In this document: in pieces, positions 40,758-51,274 of the stretch
Numbering within the stretch: the first letter of the stretch is position 1
Layout of the letters: each line of letters starts with the position of its first letter
Origin: Phycisphaerae bacterium
GTDB lineage: Bacteria; Planctomycetota; Phycisphaerae; UBA1845
Reading direction: 5' to 3'
DNA: 64,000 nucleotides
NCBI GenBank assembly: GCA_963666835.2
Contig: CAXXGO010000001.1
Coordinates: forward strand, 384,001-448,000
The notes under the pieces: model-generated
Seen by the model: only the letters and a program-made list of their open reading frames with translations
The model's database searches: none
What the model was told of the DNA's origin: nothing
Made by a program: the position numbers and the translations under genes

Positions 40758-42539
40758 TTACGGGCAATCCACCGGGGCGCTGAAGGGATAGGCGTTCCCC
40801 TTAAACCCGCCTACGATCTGCTGAACATCGGTCATGTTGACCACGATGTTGGGGGTCTCGGGATCTACGTCCACCCAGATCAGAGGCGGCGCTATGGCGC
40901 CTCCGTTGAAGCGCTGGATAGCTGCGAAGATGTCGTCCATGTTCACGATGCCATTAGGCTCGGTCCACGTGTTGTCCATCACCGGTCCGACCACGTCGGC
41001 CCAGAACTTCGGGTCGGGCTGCGCGGCCGTTTCGACCAACACCGGATCGCTGAACCCGATTCCGTCCAGGCTGGCGCGAATCTCATAGACGGTGTCGGGC
41101 AGGATTGCGCAGTCGCCGACATGAACCACCTCGGGCCAGGAGTTACTGAAACGGGCGGTATCGACAATACGGGCGATGCCGTCGCCGTCGGGAGCCCCCA
41201 CCCACCCGACCGGTCCGGTGGATCCGGTAAACAGACCGCAGTCGGCTATCGTCACGTGGAATGACACCAGAATGCCACTCGGTGCCGGGTAGAAAGAGAT
41301 GTACCGGTTCTTGCGGATGTCGTGAATGCTCGCCTGGTGGCAATCGCACTTACTGCTGAGCGGATTGCAGAACCAGGTCTGTCCGGGGCAGTCGCCGTCT
41401 TCCGTGCATGAGATATCCAGATCCGCCGGCAGGGTTCCGATGCAGGTTCCGGCGCCGTCGCAGTGATCGTTGATAATGCACTCGTTGGCATTACTGCAGA
41501 CTTGCTCCTCTGGGTATAGCCAATGCTCGGCCTCGCCGGTCGTCTGACACAGATCCCCGCTGCCCCCGGGGCACTCCGAGTCGAGATAGCAGGTGCCGCC
41601 CGTGAGTGTGCATCTCTTCAGGCAGTAGTCGAACGTGCAGTCATTGCCGTCATCGAAGGGAGCCGTAGTTCCGTCCGCGGCATTGCAGCAGTCTACCGCA
41701 GAATTGTATAGCAGGGTGTACTGGCATCCGCAGACCAGGTCGCACGTTTCGCTCGTGCATACGTCGAAATCGTTGCAATCCGGATCCGTTTCGCAATCGG
41801 GGCATCCGCAGTTGGCGCAGGTCTCATCGAACAGCAAGTCTCGGGGAGCGGGCATAGCGTCGCACATTGTCTGCGAGTAGTTGTTTCGACAAGTAGCGGT
41901 CACCAAGCCGATTGAAGCGCAACAACGCCCGATCGGGATCTCTATAGTCGCTGCCTGTCGCACCAGCCCGGGGATCGCCTGCGCAGTCTGATCGTTGAGA
42001 AACGTCTTAATCTCGGACGGGTTCCAATCGACCACATACGTGCCGCCCGCGCCCGCCGGGACCTCGACGATCAGAACTCCGCCGTAATAATCGCCGCCGC
42101 CGTCTGGAAACGTACCGGCGACGCCGCTGCCTCCCCATTCGTAATCAAGCGTAGTGGTCATTACGCCGGCGAGAGGAGTGAGGTCTCTAAACGGAAAGTC
42201 GGCCCGAGTATGGTCGATAAAGGCCCCGTCTTCCGGCGTGCCCGGCCAGCCCTTTGGCACCAGTGGATCGCCCACGCCGTTTTCGTATCCCGCCGAAACC
42301 AGCGTTCCTTGGTAAGCTCCGAGTTCCGGCGCACCGGCAGCGCTACCCCACCCGCTAAGGACAATCTCGAAAGTGACCTCCGCCGGACCGCCCGGCAGGT
42401 GAATCGTCGTGCCGTCGATAGTGTAGGAGCCGGTCGAACTGATCGGCTGCCACCTGATCATGGGATCGGCCGGCGCAGATTCGGCAAACACCGCGCCTAG
42501 CAACACGAGTCCCCCGCCCAGAGCACGAAAGCGCAACAT
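40758..42539 (-). CDS. secreted Cys-rich protein with C-terminal dockerin/EF-hand-like repeats
   Basis: Signal peptide, CNDFDVCTSETC and DDGNDCTFDYC Cys repeats, and paired NGIVNMDD / NIVVNMTD motifs. Confidence 0.75.
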   Translation of the reverse strand: MLRFRALGGGLVLLGAVFAESAPADPMIRWQPISSTGSYTIDGTTIHLPGGPAEVTFEIVLSGWGSAAGAPELGAYQGTLVSAGYENGVGDPLVPKGWPGTPEDGAFIDHTRADFPFRDLTPLAGVMTTTLDYEWGGSGVAGTFPDGGGDYYGGVLIVEVPAGAGGTYVVDWNPSEIKTFLNDQTAQAIPGLVRQAATIEIPIGRCCASIGLVTATCRNNYSQTMCDAMPAPRDLLFDETCANCGCPDCETDPDCNDFDVCTSETCDLVCGCQYTLLYNSAVDCCNAADGTTAPFDDGNDCTFDYCLKRCTLTGGTCYLDSECPGGSGDLCQTTGEAEHWLYPEEQVCSNANECIINDHCDGAGTCIGTLPADLDISCTEDGDCPGQTWFCNPLSSKCDCHQASIHDIRKNRYISFYPAPSGILVSFHVTIADCGLFTGSTGPVGWVGAPDGDGIARIVDTARFSNSWPEVVHVGDCAILPDTVYEIRASLDGIGFSDPVLVETAAQPDPKFWADVVGPVMDNTWTEPNGIVNMDDIFAAIQRFNGGAIAPPLIWVDVDPETPNIVVNMTDVQQIVGGFKGNAYPFSAPVDCP

Positions 42540-42840
42540 GACAAGGCCCTCCAAACCCGAAACCTCTCGGCATGAACACCACCCAGTTTACCGGATCCGC
42601 CGGCCGTTTTGAAGCGCTATTTCGGCTCGAAATCCGCGGTATGACACCGCGCACAACCGAGCGCCGGCCTCAATTCCGCCTCCAAACGCCCGATCTGCCG
42701 TCCTGACCGCTAAGACGCCGGTGCCGAAGAGGCTGGGCGCATCGCCTGCAAGGTCTGTGAGTTGACCGTGCGGCACAAGAGGTCAACAATCTCGTAGTGA
42801 CCGCGACTGCCGACACTTCAGCGCGGGGGAAAGAAAGCAG

Positions 42841-43833
42841 ATGACGTCCTCGGCTCCTGAATGGGATCTGGTTCCGTTCGAAGTGGGCTGCGCCCGTTGT
42901 GGACAGGATCTGCGCGGGCTTACCGACCCGGCCTGCCCGGCCTGCAATCTGGAGTTCGAATGGACGGACGTTGTCCCGCTCGACGAGCTGCAATGCCTGC
43001 AGTGTGGGTATCAACTTCGTGGTTTGCAGGAGCCGCGATGTCCGGAATGTGGGGAACGCTTCACCTGGCCGGAGATCCTCGAGGAGGTCAGCCGCCGCCG
43101 CCAGCCGCTTTTCGAGTATCGTTGGCGCCGCACGCCGCTGAGGTCTTTTGCGCGGACGTGGCTGTTGGCGCTGCGGCCGCGGAGCTTCTGGCGGCGTATC
43201 GACATCCACCAGCCGCCGGCGGTGGGGGCATTGCTTCTGATGGTCGTTGCGGGGTCCATCGCTACTTGGTTGATCCTAAGCATGGGGCTGGGCATTAGGT
43301 CCTGGCTGGCGGTTGCTTCGAATACTCCTGTGCCCTTGCGCATTTATCTTCCGAGCGATCTTGTCATCCGAATCGGGAGAGTGCTGGCGTATCTGCCGGG
43401 ATGCGACTTCGCCAAGACGTATATGCTCTGGGTGGCCTTCGGTTTAGCGTCGCTATTGGTCTTCCGGCAGTCTATGCGCAAGTATAAGGTGCGCACCGTT
43501 CATGTTGTGAGGGTGTGGGCCTATTCGCATTCGTTCATCGTGCCAACAGTGGCTATCATGTTTGCGGCCGCGGGTCTCGTCGATCTTCTCATTACCGGAG
43601 ACTTGGTTCGGGAAATCTGTAACGTCCTGCCGGTTGTTCTGTTCGGGTTCGCAAGCTGGTCCGTACGGCAGGGATACGCCGACTATCTGCACATGCCTCA
43701 TGCGGCCGCCGTGGCGATTGTGTCCCAGATCGTCGCGATTCTGGCGATGCTGGGGATACTGACCATAATGGGGGACGTGTCGTACGTAGGTATGCTGGTC
43801 CGCGAGGCGTTGGAACTGGTGAGGATCTGGTAG
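42841..43833 (+). CDS. membrane protein with N-terminal double zinc ribbon
   Basis: CARC..CPAC..CLQC..CPEC followed by about 5 TM helices. Confidence 0.75.
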   Translation: MTSSAPEWDLVPFEVGCARCGQDLRGLTDPACPACNLEFEWTDVVPLDELQCLQCGYQLRGLQEPRCPECGERFTWPEILEEVSRRRQPLFEYRWRRTPLRSFARTWLLALRPRSFWRRIDIHQPPAVGALLLMVVAGSIATWLILSMGLGIRSWLAVASNTPVPLRIYLPSDLVIRIGRVLAYLPGCDFAKTYMLWVAFGLASLLVFRQSMRKYKVRTVHVVRVWAYSHSFIVPTVAIMFAAAGLVDLLITGDLVREICNVLPVVLFGFASWSVRQGYADYLHMPHAAAVAIVSQIVAILAMLGILTIMGDVSYVGMLVREALELVRIW

Positions 43834-44870
43834 TGGACGCACCTTCGAGCGGGGTCGTAAAGTCAGACGATGCGCCGGGCAGTCCGGCCCCGGATTGGGA
43901 TCTGGTGCCGTTCGACGTCGGCTGTGCCCGGTGTGGTCAGGATCTTCGCGGGCTTACCGAACCGGTCTGCCCGGCCTGTGAGCTTGAGTTCGACTGGGCG
44001 ACCGCGGTTCCGATAGAGGAACTCACGTGTAGAGAGTGCGACTATCATCTGTTCGGTTTGAAGGACGCTCGATGCCCGGAATGTGGTACGGAGTTCACCT
44101 GGTCGGAGGTGCTCGTTGATTACCATCGACGTCGCAAGCCTCTGTTCGAGTATCGCTGGCGCAGCCAGCCGATCCGTTCGCTCGGGGCGTCTTGGGGGCT
44201 GGCTCTGCGTCCGTGGACGCTTTGGCGCAAGGTGGACCTGCACGATCCCCCGGCGGTCAAACCGCTGGCAGCTCTCGCGGCAATCGCCGCGGTGGTGTTT
44301 GCGTTGATCGTCCCCGGAATTGCCCTTGCCACCGCGTCGGGGCTCGCCAGGTTATCCGAGTTGATAGCGGCAAGTGGCGGGATTTCCCCCGGAAGTCTCT
44401 GGGCGCCCGAGCTTACGCTTGCGCTTCCGTGGGTGTGTTTCACGGAGGAGCACGCTGCCATCGTAGCGCACTTTGGAGTATGGATAGCGGCCAGCTTCGC
44501 AGCTCTTCTTGTTTTTCAGCAGTCCATGGCCCATTGCAGGGTGCGGACGGCCCACGTGTTTCGCGTGTGCGTGTACGCTCTGCTGGCAGTGCCAGTGGGG
44601 GAAACGCTGCTAATCCTCCTTATGTTCACGATCGATCTAGGTGGGACGATTTTCGGCTGGCGATGGCCGATGTGGCTGAGTATCGTTCTAAGCTGCGTAA
44701 TGCTCGCCGTCGTGCTCTCGACATTCCTCTGGGTTTTCATGTCGATCGCTCTCGGTTACCGGCTGTACCTCAGGATGAGTCACGCGTGGTACGTGGCCTT
44801 TGCAGCTCAGATCATTGCAGGGCTGGTGTTGGCGATCTCCCTAGCTCTGCGCGTTACCCTGGGGTTTTGA
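43833..44870 (+). CDS. membrane protein with N-terminal double zinc ribbon (paralog of the preceding gene)
   Basis: The WDLVPF.VGCARCGQDLRGLT N-terminus is shared with 42841-43833, and the genes overlap by 1 nt. Confidence 0.75.
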   Translation: MDAPSSGVVKSDDAPGSPAPDWDLVPFDVGCARCGQDLRGLTEPVCPACELEFDWATAVPIEELTCRECDYHLFGLKDARCPECGTEFTWSEVLVDYHRRRKPLFEYRWRSQPIRSLGASWGLALRPWTLWRKVDLHDPPAVKPLAALAAIAAVVFALIVPGIALATASGLARLSELIAASGGISPGSLWAPELTLALPWVCFTEEHAAIVAHFGVWIAASFAALLVFQQSMAHCRVRTAHVFRVCVYALLAVPVGETLLILLMFTIDLGGTIFGWRWPMWLSIVLSCVMLAVVLSTFLWVFMSIALGYRLYLRMSHAWYVAFAAQIIAGLVLAISLALRVTLGF

Positions 44871-45417
44871 AGGGAGCGATGCCGGCCGAAGCCTGTTTCG
44901 GCATAAACCGGACCGGCGTTTGACTATCGGTGGAGGCGGGCTAGGATCAGGTGACTGTTGCTGTTTTTGGGAGGGTGTTCGTGTTTGGCCATCCTCCGCC
45001 TGCAAGGGCTGGAGATCCTGAAGTTTCGGATAGGGGCCAGATGGCGCAGGCTTTGGGCCTGCCACAGCGGACCGGACTTCGGCAAGGGCGGCGGGCTTGA
45101 ATGACCCTGCTGTAAAGGGCGCTAGGTTGGCAGCCGTGCCAGGGCGGCTGAGAACGCTGGGCGATGACGACAATGCCGCTGGCAAGCTGTGCCGAGTCTT
45201 AGAGTCCAACAGCGCTGAATCGGTGCTTTCCGGCGTCCTTGAGAATCTAGCGCTGCTTGCCACCGGCGTTTTGGATGCTGCCGGAAGGCGTCTGTTGCTG
45301 AGGTGGCATTGTCGTATTAGAACGCCTTTAGAGCGTTGCGAAGCTGCGATCTGACGATGTTGTAAAGGCCCGGCCTGTGCAGTGAAGTCTGCATAAGGTC
45401 GATGTGTTAGGTACCCC

Positions 45418-45769
45418 GGGGGCGATTGGATTCGACCGGGCGAGAAGAAAGGAACGTTGCGTGCCGAGGTTGTCAGGTGGCCTCGTAAAAAACCTGGCGC
45501 TAACTTTACATGGCAACAATTCGTATGCCATGGCTGCCTAAAAGAAGGTAGCCCGTTGCGCGGAGGACGCCCACTACTCCGTGCAACGACGCTAGTGGGC
45601 TAGTTCCGGCGTGCGGCCAAGTCGCGCCGGAGCGAACCAATAACCTGGCTGGGGAACGCGGAAGCCTGTCGGCCGGCGTCCGCCGCCCCGAGACCCAAAA
45701 GACCGCCTACGCACGTAGAAGCGTCCCCGGATCCGTCGCGGGACGGGGGTTCGATTCCCCCCGCCTCCA
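45418..45769 (+). ncRNA. ssrA: tmRNA (transfer-messenger RNA)
   Basis: 5' GGGGGCG...GGATTCGAC. The 3' T-arm GGGGGTTCGATTCCCCC is followed by CGCCTCCA, giving an acceptor stem with G3-U wobble. Tag ORF 45512-45541 encodes GNNSYAMAA*. CCA is not encoded. Confidence 0.95.
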
Positions 45770-45941
45770 GTACGTAAGTCTCTGTAAACAGACGACTTAC
45801 GATCGATCGCCGGAACGGCGGGTACTCTCGCGGGTACTTCTTCCCGCTTTTCTGCCGCTTGTTCCGGCGCCTCGATCGAGTACAATCGGCACACTCGGTT
45901 TGCGGCCGACACACCTGAATCAACCCGAAAGGACAGGTGTG

Positions 45942-47138
45942 ATGGCCTCACTCGCCAAAGAAAAAGGCGCGATCTACCGCATCCACTGGAAGTTCAAGGT
46001 CCGCGTCGGCCCCCGGGCCGGCGAGACGATCGAGGGCAGCCACCAGCTCGGCCGCTGCACCAAAGCGGCCGCCAAGTCCCAGCTCCGCGACGTCGAAGAA
46101 TGGGAGGAACGAGTCAAGACCGGACGGCTCGTACCCGGCCGGGATTTCGGCGAGGTCTGCACCGCCTGGCTACGTGAACGGGAGCTGATCTGCACGGCCC
46201 AGACGTTGGAACGGACCGAGCGAGTCCTTAACCTGTACAAACGCTGGCGGCTGGAAGGCGGTCTCCCCTGCGGCACCGTGGTCGACGTGGCCAATCAGAC
46301 CGACCTGATCGCCTGGCGCGATCATCGCCTCGACTCCGAGGCCGGCCGTAAGACCGTCGCCAACGACCTCTCGACCCTCTCCGCGTTGTTCGAATGGTGC
46401 GTTCGCGAGAAGTACCTGCCGGACAACCCGGTCGAGCGGATCGCCCGGCCCCGGTTCATAACCCACAAAGAAGGTACGCCACTGACCCGACAGCAAGCCG
46501 GAGCGTGGCTGCGGTCCATCAAGCCGAGAATCGGCCGGAATGGTCACGGCCCGCGATCATGGGAGGAAGTCCGGCGCAAGCGTCAGCTAATCGTGTTTCT
46601 TCTGAACACCGGCCTGCGGAACGGGGAGCTCTGCGCTCTGAGTATCGAGGACTTGCGGATCGACGATGAAGAGCAGCTCGTCTACGTGATGGGCAAGGGG
46701 CTCAAGGAACGCTGGGTTCCACTCAACAAGTCGGCCCTCGCCGCCGCCCGCCTTCACCTGCGCACCCGAGGATGCCCGAAACGGGGTCCGCTGTTCCACA
46801 CGCGGGCCGGCACCCGGTACAACGTTCGGCAGCTGGCTAGTGAGATCGTCAAGACCGCCCGGGGTTACGACGAACCGATCGAAGCAAACCCGCACAATCT
46901 GCGGCACTCCTTCGCTACTTGGCTGGCGAGGTCCGTACCCGACGTCTCGATTGTCCAGAAGATCCTAGGCCACGAGAACGTCAACACGACGCTGAAGTAC
47001 TACGTCCACACGGGTGACCACGAGCTGGCACAAGCGACGGCCAGCCTTCGCGGTCGACGCCGAGAGAGCGAGACTAGGCAGGACCCCGATAGAGATGCGT
47101 TCCGGATCATCCCCTTTCCCGAGCGCCGCGTGAGTTGA
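45942..47138 (+). CDS. tyrosine recombinase/integrase
   Basis: Catalytic residues in TGLRNGEL (R), GKG (K), HNLRH (HxxR), LGH and LKYY (Y). Confidence 0.95.
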   Translation: MASLAKEKGAIYRIHWKFKVRVGPRAGETIEGSHQLGRCTKAAAKSQLRDVEEWEERVKTGRLVPGRDFGEVCTAWLRERELICTAQTLERTERVLNLYKRWRLEGGLPCGTVVDVANQTDLIAWRDHRLDSEAGRKTVANDLSTLSALFEWCVREKYLPDNPVERIARPRFITHKEGTPLTRQQAGAWLRSIKPRIGRNGHGPRSWEEVRRKRQLIVFLLNTGLRNGELCALSIEDLRIDDEEQLVYVMGKGLKERWVPLNKSALAAARLHLRTRGCPKRGPLFHTRAGTRYNVRQLASEIVKTARGYDEPIEANPHNLRHSFATWLARSVPDVSIVQKILGHENVNTTLKYYVHTGDHELAQATASLRGRRRESETRQDPDRDAFRIIPFPERRVS

Positions 47139-47211
47139 TGCGCAGCAAAACAGCGCCGGCGGAACGCAACCGCCGGCGCTGCCCTCGGTTTGCGGCCAAC
47201 ACAGCCGCTGG

Positions 47212-47646
47212 TTACTCGTTGCTGGATCCCGGACTGGCTCCCCGACAGTCCGGGCCTCTGGCGCCGTTGCCTCGGGATGAGGCGTCGGAGATCGTGGCGT
47301 GGCCAAAGGCAGTTCTTGCAGCCAACCTGCTGATCGCCCTTTGGAGCCGTTCGTAGATCCGACAGGCTCGACTGACGAGCGCGAGATCTTCATCCTCAAA
47401 CATCTTGACGAGACGAGGCTCGATCCTCTCGATAGCTATCCGCAACAGGTGGTTAGCCTCGGCAGGACTGCGCGCGTCGGCGTCTCGGACCACCCAGCGT
47501 GAAAGCCGGTCGATCGAGATGTCCGGATCGGTAAGGTACGCGGGTAACACGAACCCGGGGTTCACGTTGCGGACCGTCCGATTCGGATGCCGTTTCTTCC
47601 GACGCCTTTTGGGCTTGGGGCGTATGGGTGATTTCTTGTCAGGCAA
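47212..47646 (-). CDS. hypothetical protein
   Basis: Co-oriented downstream of the HTH gene, with an AGGAG-like RBS upstream and no recognisable motif. Confidence 0.45.
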   Translation of the reverse strand: MPDKKSPIRPKPKRRRKKRHPNRTVRNVNPGFVLPAYLTDPDISIDRLSRWVVRDADARSPAEANHLLRIAIERIEPRLVKMFEDEDLALVSRACRIYERLQRAISRLAARTAFGHATISDASSRGNGARGPDCRGASPGSSNE

Positions 47647-47736
47647 TATTCTGTGCTCCTTATTAATGTCTCTATATTGTCACTACCCTCCCGCCCTCGC
47701 GGGAGCGGTCTCGTAGGCGGTGGTGCTTCGTTTGCC

Positions 47737-48006
47737 TCACCCCTTCCGGAGTTTCTCCTTCACCCGAGCGTCGAGCCTGGCATTCTGCTCGTGCCGCTTC
47801 CTGAGGAACTCCGAGACGTACTGCCATTGCCATCGGGGACGTCCCCCTTGCCCGATGCATGGCCGGGGAAGCTCGCCGCGATCGACCATCCGGGAGACCG
47901 TGCGAACATCCACGTCCAGTCGGCGGGCAAGTTCGTGCCGGCCGATCAAGTCTGAAGTCTGCTGATCCGTGGCCAACGCCGCATTCTGAACTTTGCTGCT
48001 ATTCAT
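47737..48006 (-). CDS. AlpA/excisionase-like helix-turn-helix protein
   Basis: LIGRHELARRLDVDVRTVSRMVDRGELPRP...PRW motif. Confidence 0.85.
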   Translation of the reverse strand: MNSSKVQNAALATDQQTSDLIGRHELARRLDVDVRTVSRMVDRGELPRPCIGQGGRPRWQWQYVSEFLRKRHEQNARLDARVKEKLRKG

Positions 48007-48527
48007 CCGTACAACTCCTCTTCCACGGCTTGGCCGTGATTGAAATATTCCCTCGACTCACGACCCCGTGAGGCGTTTAGCCGCCACAGACCGCGCCAAA
48101 CAGCGCGGCAGGCTGATGTTTGCGCGGACGGACGCACGTTCGCCATAACTCGAGTGGGCCCAGCTACTTGCGCGTGCATCGCCATATGCACGGTTTGCAC
48201 GAACGTGAAACCGCACCATGGACAACGCGGCCAACGCGGGTGATACGAGTGCCGCAAGGACCCAAACCCGTATCTCGATCGTGCATTGACACCATGCACG
48301 CTCAAACCGCACCCAACGCGAGGGTTACGTTCGGTGTGCGTGGCCGACCAGGCGAAATAGCGCGATAGACGACCAGCAGTCGGATCGATCCCCTTCCCGT
48401 AACAACGCCCGGATGCCGACTGGATCGCGCCGAACGTGCAGTATCCGAAGGATGGCCGATCCGCCCGATCGCTGCTCCGGAGTGGCCGCGCATTATTCCG
48501 GAGGTTTGAGTACGTAATCCCGTTCAT
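48003..48527 (-). CDS. hypothetical protein with a degenerate C2H2-like zinc-finger motif
   Basis: 4-nt overlaps with both neighbours; CPWCGFTFVQTVHMAMH motif. Confidence 0.45.
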   Translation of the reverse strand: MNGITYSNLRNNARPLRSSDRADRPSFGYCTFGAIQSASGRCYGKGIDPTAGRLSRYFAWSATHTERNPRVGCGLSVHGVNARSRYGFGSLRHSYHPRWPRCPWCGFTFVQTVHMAMHAQVAGPTRVMANVRPSAQTSACRAVWRGLWRLNASRGRESREYFNHGQAVEEELYG

Positions 48528-50146
48528 GCCTGATCACCCTCCGCCGGACGTGCATCTGTGCCGTCCTCAACACCCAGGCGCGCGCTGGGGTCCACGTCTG
48601 TTTCCGGGTTGGCGACCGGGTCTAAGCCGGGCGACCGGGCTGGCGACGCCCCGTCTTCGCCGTCCTCCCCCGGGCATTCAGGGGCTTCGGGTATGTCTTC
48701 CGGGTCGGGTAGCGTGAGGACGGTCACCTCAGCGATCTGCGTCTCGGTCCGGCTGTACCGGTGGGGTCGACGGCTTTCGTCCTTATCCACCAACCCGCAC
48801 GCCACCAAGGGCTTCACGCGGCGACCGGCTTGCTCTGGGCCGACCCCTAACGCCAGGGCCAAGTTGTCGCGCGTGAACAGTTTGGCAGGGAACTTCTGGT
48901 CAATAGTTTCCAACGTGGCACGCATCTGCCCGTCGATGAGTTGGAACGCATCCGCCAGCGGTTCGCGCATCAGATCCAGGAAGATCTGATAGTCGGTCCG
49001 GTCGGCAAGGACCGTCTTACGGCCATTAGAACACCGGATTCGTTTCTGTTTCTGCCGAAGGAAGGCCACAGCCTGGATGAAGCTGCCGACGTGGCCCATC
49101 GCCCGGCGCGCCGCCACTTTGTCGCATGGCAGTTTGAGCATGTGAGCCCAGGGGATGATCACCTCGACCTCCGGATCCAGAAGGCGCTGGGCCGTTTGGT
49201 GCACGAGCCGGATCCGTTGCTGTGCGGCGACGTCAGGGCCGCGCCCGGCAAGGCGGTCCTGCTCCGCACGGATGACCTGCTCTGTTTGTCGTTGTGCCTC
49301 GTTGACGGTCAGCATCAAGAGCCGAGTACGGTCTTCCTCGTGCACCGTGCCGGCCGTGGAGGTTTCGACGAACGCGATCGGGCCCTCTTGTGTAATCAGG
49401 ACAGTCGCGGGTCGTCCGTCCTCGCCTTTGATCGTTACGCATTTCTTCAGCTCGCCGTCGGCGATCATCTCCCGGAACGCTTTCGATCCGAATCTCGCCC
49501 GGTCGTGGGTGGGGTGCTCGCGCTCACGCTCCCCGCACGCTACGAACTTGTGCCGGAGCGAGCCCGCCGGAAGGTAGTAGAAGGACTGATCGGTAATATC
49601 GTGAGCCTTGAGGACGCCTTCCTCCGGCATCATCGAAGCGATAGTGTTGACGATGAAGCTCTTGCCCCCGCTGGACGCGCCGTGGACGTGAGCAGCCAAC
49701 GGATTCCGGAGGAATCGGCTGGTGCCGATTATGTAGATTGCCAGAGCGAGCCGAGGTTCACCCGCGACTCCGAGAAGTGCGACGTCAGCCGCGATACGGT
49801 CCATCAGGTCAGGCGCGCGAAGCATCGCCTCCGCTTCCTCGAGTACCTCCGGCGGCGTCTCGGCAAGAGCGGCCTCTCGTGGATCGGCGGAATCGTCGGG
49901 CTTCTTGGCGGCCTCCGTGGCCGCGTCCATCGCCTCGGCGGCTTTCTCCAGGACGACCGCGTCCACGTCGGCTGGTGGGCAATCGATAATCGGCGCGACG
50001 CGGTTCACGTACTGCGCGCGAGCTCTAGCGCTTCCCACGTTCAACTCGTCAATATCGACGACCTTTCCCTCGCGCTCGGCAGTCAGCCGGATCTTGAGAC
50101 TACCGTTGAGGCTGAGGACCTCCGGCGTGATAGTGGGGGTGCTCAT
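48524..50146 (-). CDS. P-loop NTPase, primase-associated helicase/replication protein with C-terminal winged helix
   Basis: Walker A GASSGGKS, C-terminal FTRDNLALALGVG...RRVKPLVACGLV, and coupling to the primase. Confidence 0.75.
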   Translation of the reverse strand: MSTPTITPEVLSLNGSLKIRLTAEREGKVVDIDELNVGSARARAQYVNRVAPIIDCPPADVDAVVLEKAAEAMDAATEAAKKPDDSADPREAALAETPPEVLEEAEAMLRAPDLMDRIAADVALLGVAGEPRLALAIYIIGTSRFLRNPLAAHVHGASSGGKSFIVNTIASMMPEEGVLKAHDITDQSFYYLPAGSLRHKFVACGEREREHPTHDRARFGSKAFREMIADGELKKCVTIKGEDGRPATVLITQEGPIAFVETSTAGTVHEEDRTRLLMLTVNEAQRQTEQVIRAEQDRLAGRGPDVAAQQRIRLVHQTAQRLLDPEVEVIIPWAHMLKLPCDKVAARRAMGHVGSFIQAVAFLRQKQKRIRCSNGRKTVLADRTDYQIFLDLMREPLADAFQLIDGQMRATLETIDQKFPAKLFTRDNLALALGVGPEQAGRRVKPLVACGLVDKDESRRPHRYSRTETQIAEVTVLTLPDPEDIPEAPECPGEDGEDGASPARSPGLDPVANPETDVDPSARLGVEDGTDARPAEGDQA

Positions 50147-51033
50147 CTCTTACGGGTCCTTTCCGGTGCATACCAACGGTGGCGTAGTGACAGGGGTGGA
50201 GAAACGATGCTCGGCGGTCGTTGGCATGGAGCCTCCGCGACGCGTTGCAGCAGTACGTCCCGGGTCAGCCCAGATCGGACTTCCTCGCGAATGTCATTGA
50301 ACGGCGGGCCGGGGAAAATGATCTTCACGGTGCCGGCTTTGGAGAGGAGCGCATCGCGTAACGACTCGGCGCCCTCGCGGCCGGGTCGGTCGTTGTCGGC
50401 GACGATGACGACGTCGCGGCCGCTGACCAAGTCCAGGCAGAAATCGATGCATTGCCCGCATCCCGGTCGGCCGATTACCGTCACACCCAAGTCGAGCAAG
50501 GCGGCGGTGTCCGACTCACCCTCGGCGATGAACAGCATCCCCTCGTCGGGTCTGTTGTTCGGCAGGAACAGGCCGTTGCGCGAACCCTTGACCGCTCGCT
50601 TCCGGCCATCCGGGAAACGTCGACGAATGCCAATGATGGCACCGCCGGCGGCTCTCATGGGGAAGGTGTAGGCGTGTCCGTCCCAGCCGACGCCAAGATC
50701 AAGTAGAGAGGATTCACAGACTCCAAGCTGTCCCGCAAGCATCGCCAGGCGGCCCGGTCGCAGGTTCTTGGTGAACCTCGAATACATAGCCGCCCAATCC
50801 GGTGGGGTGATTCGAGGGCGTTCTTTGGGCCGGGCGCTATGGGGAGGGCGCCGGTTACGGTCGAGCGGGCCAAACACGACGCCACGATCGCGGCATCGCT
50901 TGACAATCCGCCAGCCGGGCGGCGGTTCGCTGACCTTCATGCATCGAACCACATCACCCGATCGGCTGCACCATTTGGTGTACCCACAGATCTCGCAGGG
51001 CTCCGTCCGACAGACTGCTTTCCATTGGCTCAT
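50143..51033 (-). CDS. primase-like protein (Zn finger plus TOPRIM)
   Basis: N-terminal CEIC...WC...C, and TOPRIM motifs IAEGESDTAAL and VADND. Confidence 0.85.
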   Translation of the reverse strand: MSQWKAVCRTEPCEICGYTKWCSRSGDVVRCMKVSEPPPGWRIVKRCRDRGVVFGPLDRNRRPPHSARPKERPRITPPDWAAMYSRFTKNLRPGRLAMLAGQLGVCESSLLDLGVGWDGHAYTFPMRAAGGAIIGIRRRFPDGRKRAVKGSRNGLFLPNNRPDEGMLFIAEGESDTAALLDLGVTVIGRPGCGQCIDFCLDLVSGRDVVIVADNDRPGREGAESLRDALLSKAGTVKIIFPGPPFNDIREEVRSGLTRDVLLQRVAEAPCQRPPSIVSPPLSLRHRWYAPERTRKR

Positions 51034-51274
51034 AGTAGACTCCGCACAAGGAGAGCCGCTAGCCCTGGGCGATCCAACACGCCCCGTCGAATTACGGGTC
51101 GCGGTCTCTCTCGCTTGTCTGAGTGAAGTCTACGGCGCTTTCTGTACTGAATAATTACGGGCAGTTATTCAGGATCGGCTATCTGCAGTGGGCAGGCATG
51201 GAATGGCGTAAAACGCCGGAAGAAGTCGTCGATGGGTATTTCTTGCTGAATAATCCCAACCCCTTGACAGGGAA

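Noticed and set aside
44871..45417. ORFs upstream of tmRNA (e.g. 45097-45354, 44841-45263)
   Set aside because: No recognisable domains or translation signals; not smpB.
48941..50671. 576-aa plus-strand ORF
   Set aside because: Antisense shadow of the primase and helicase genes.
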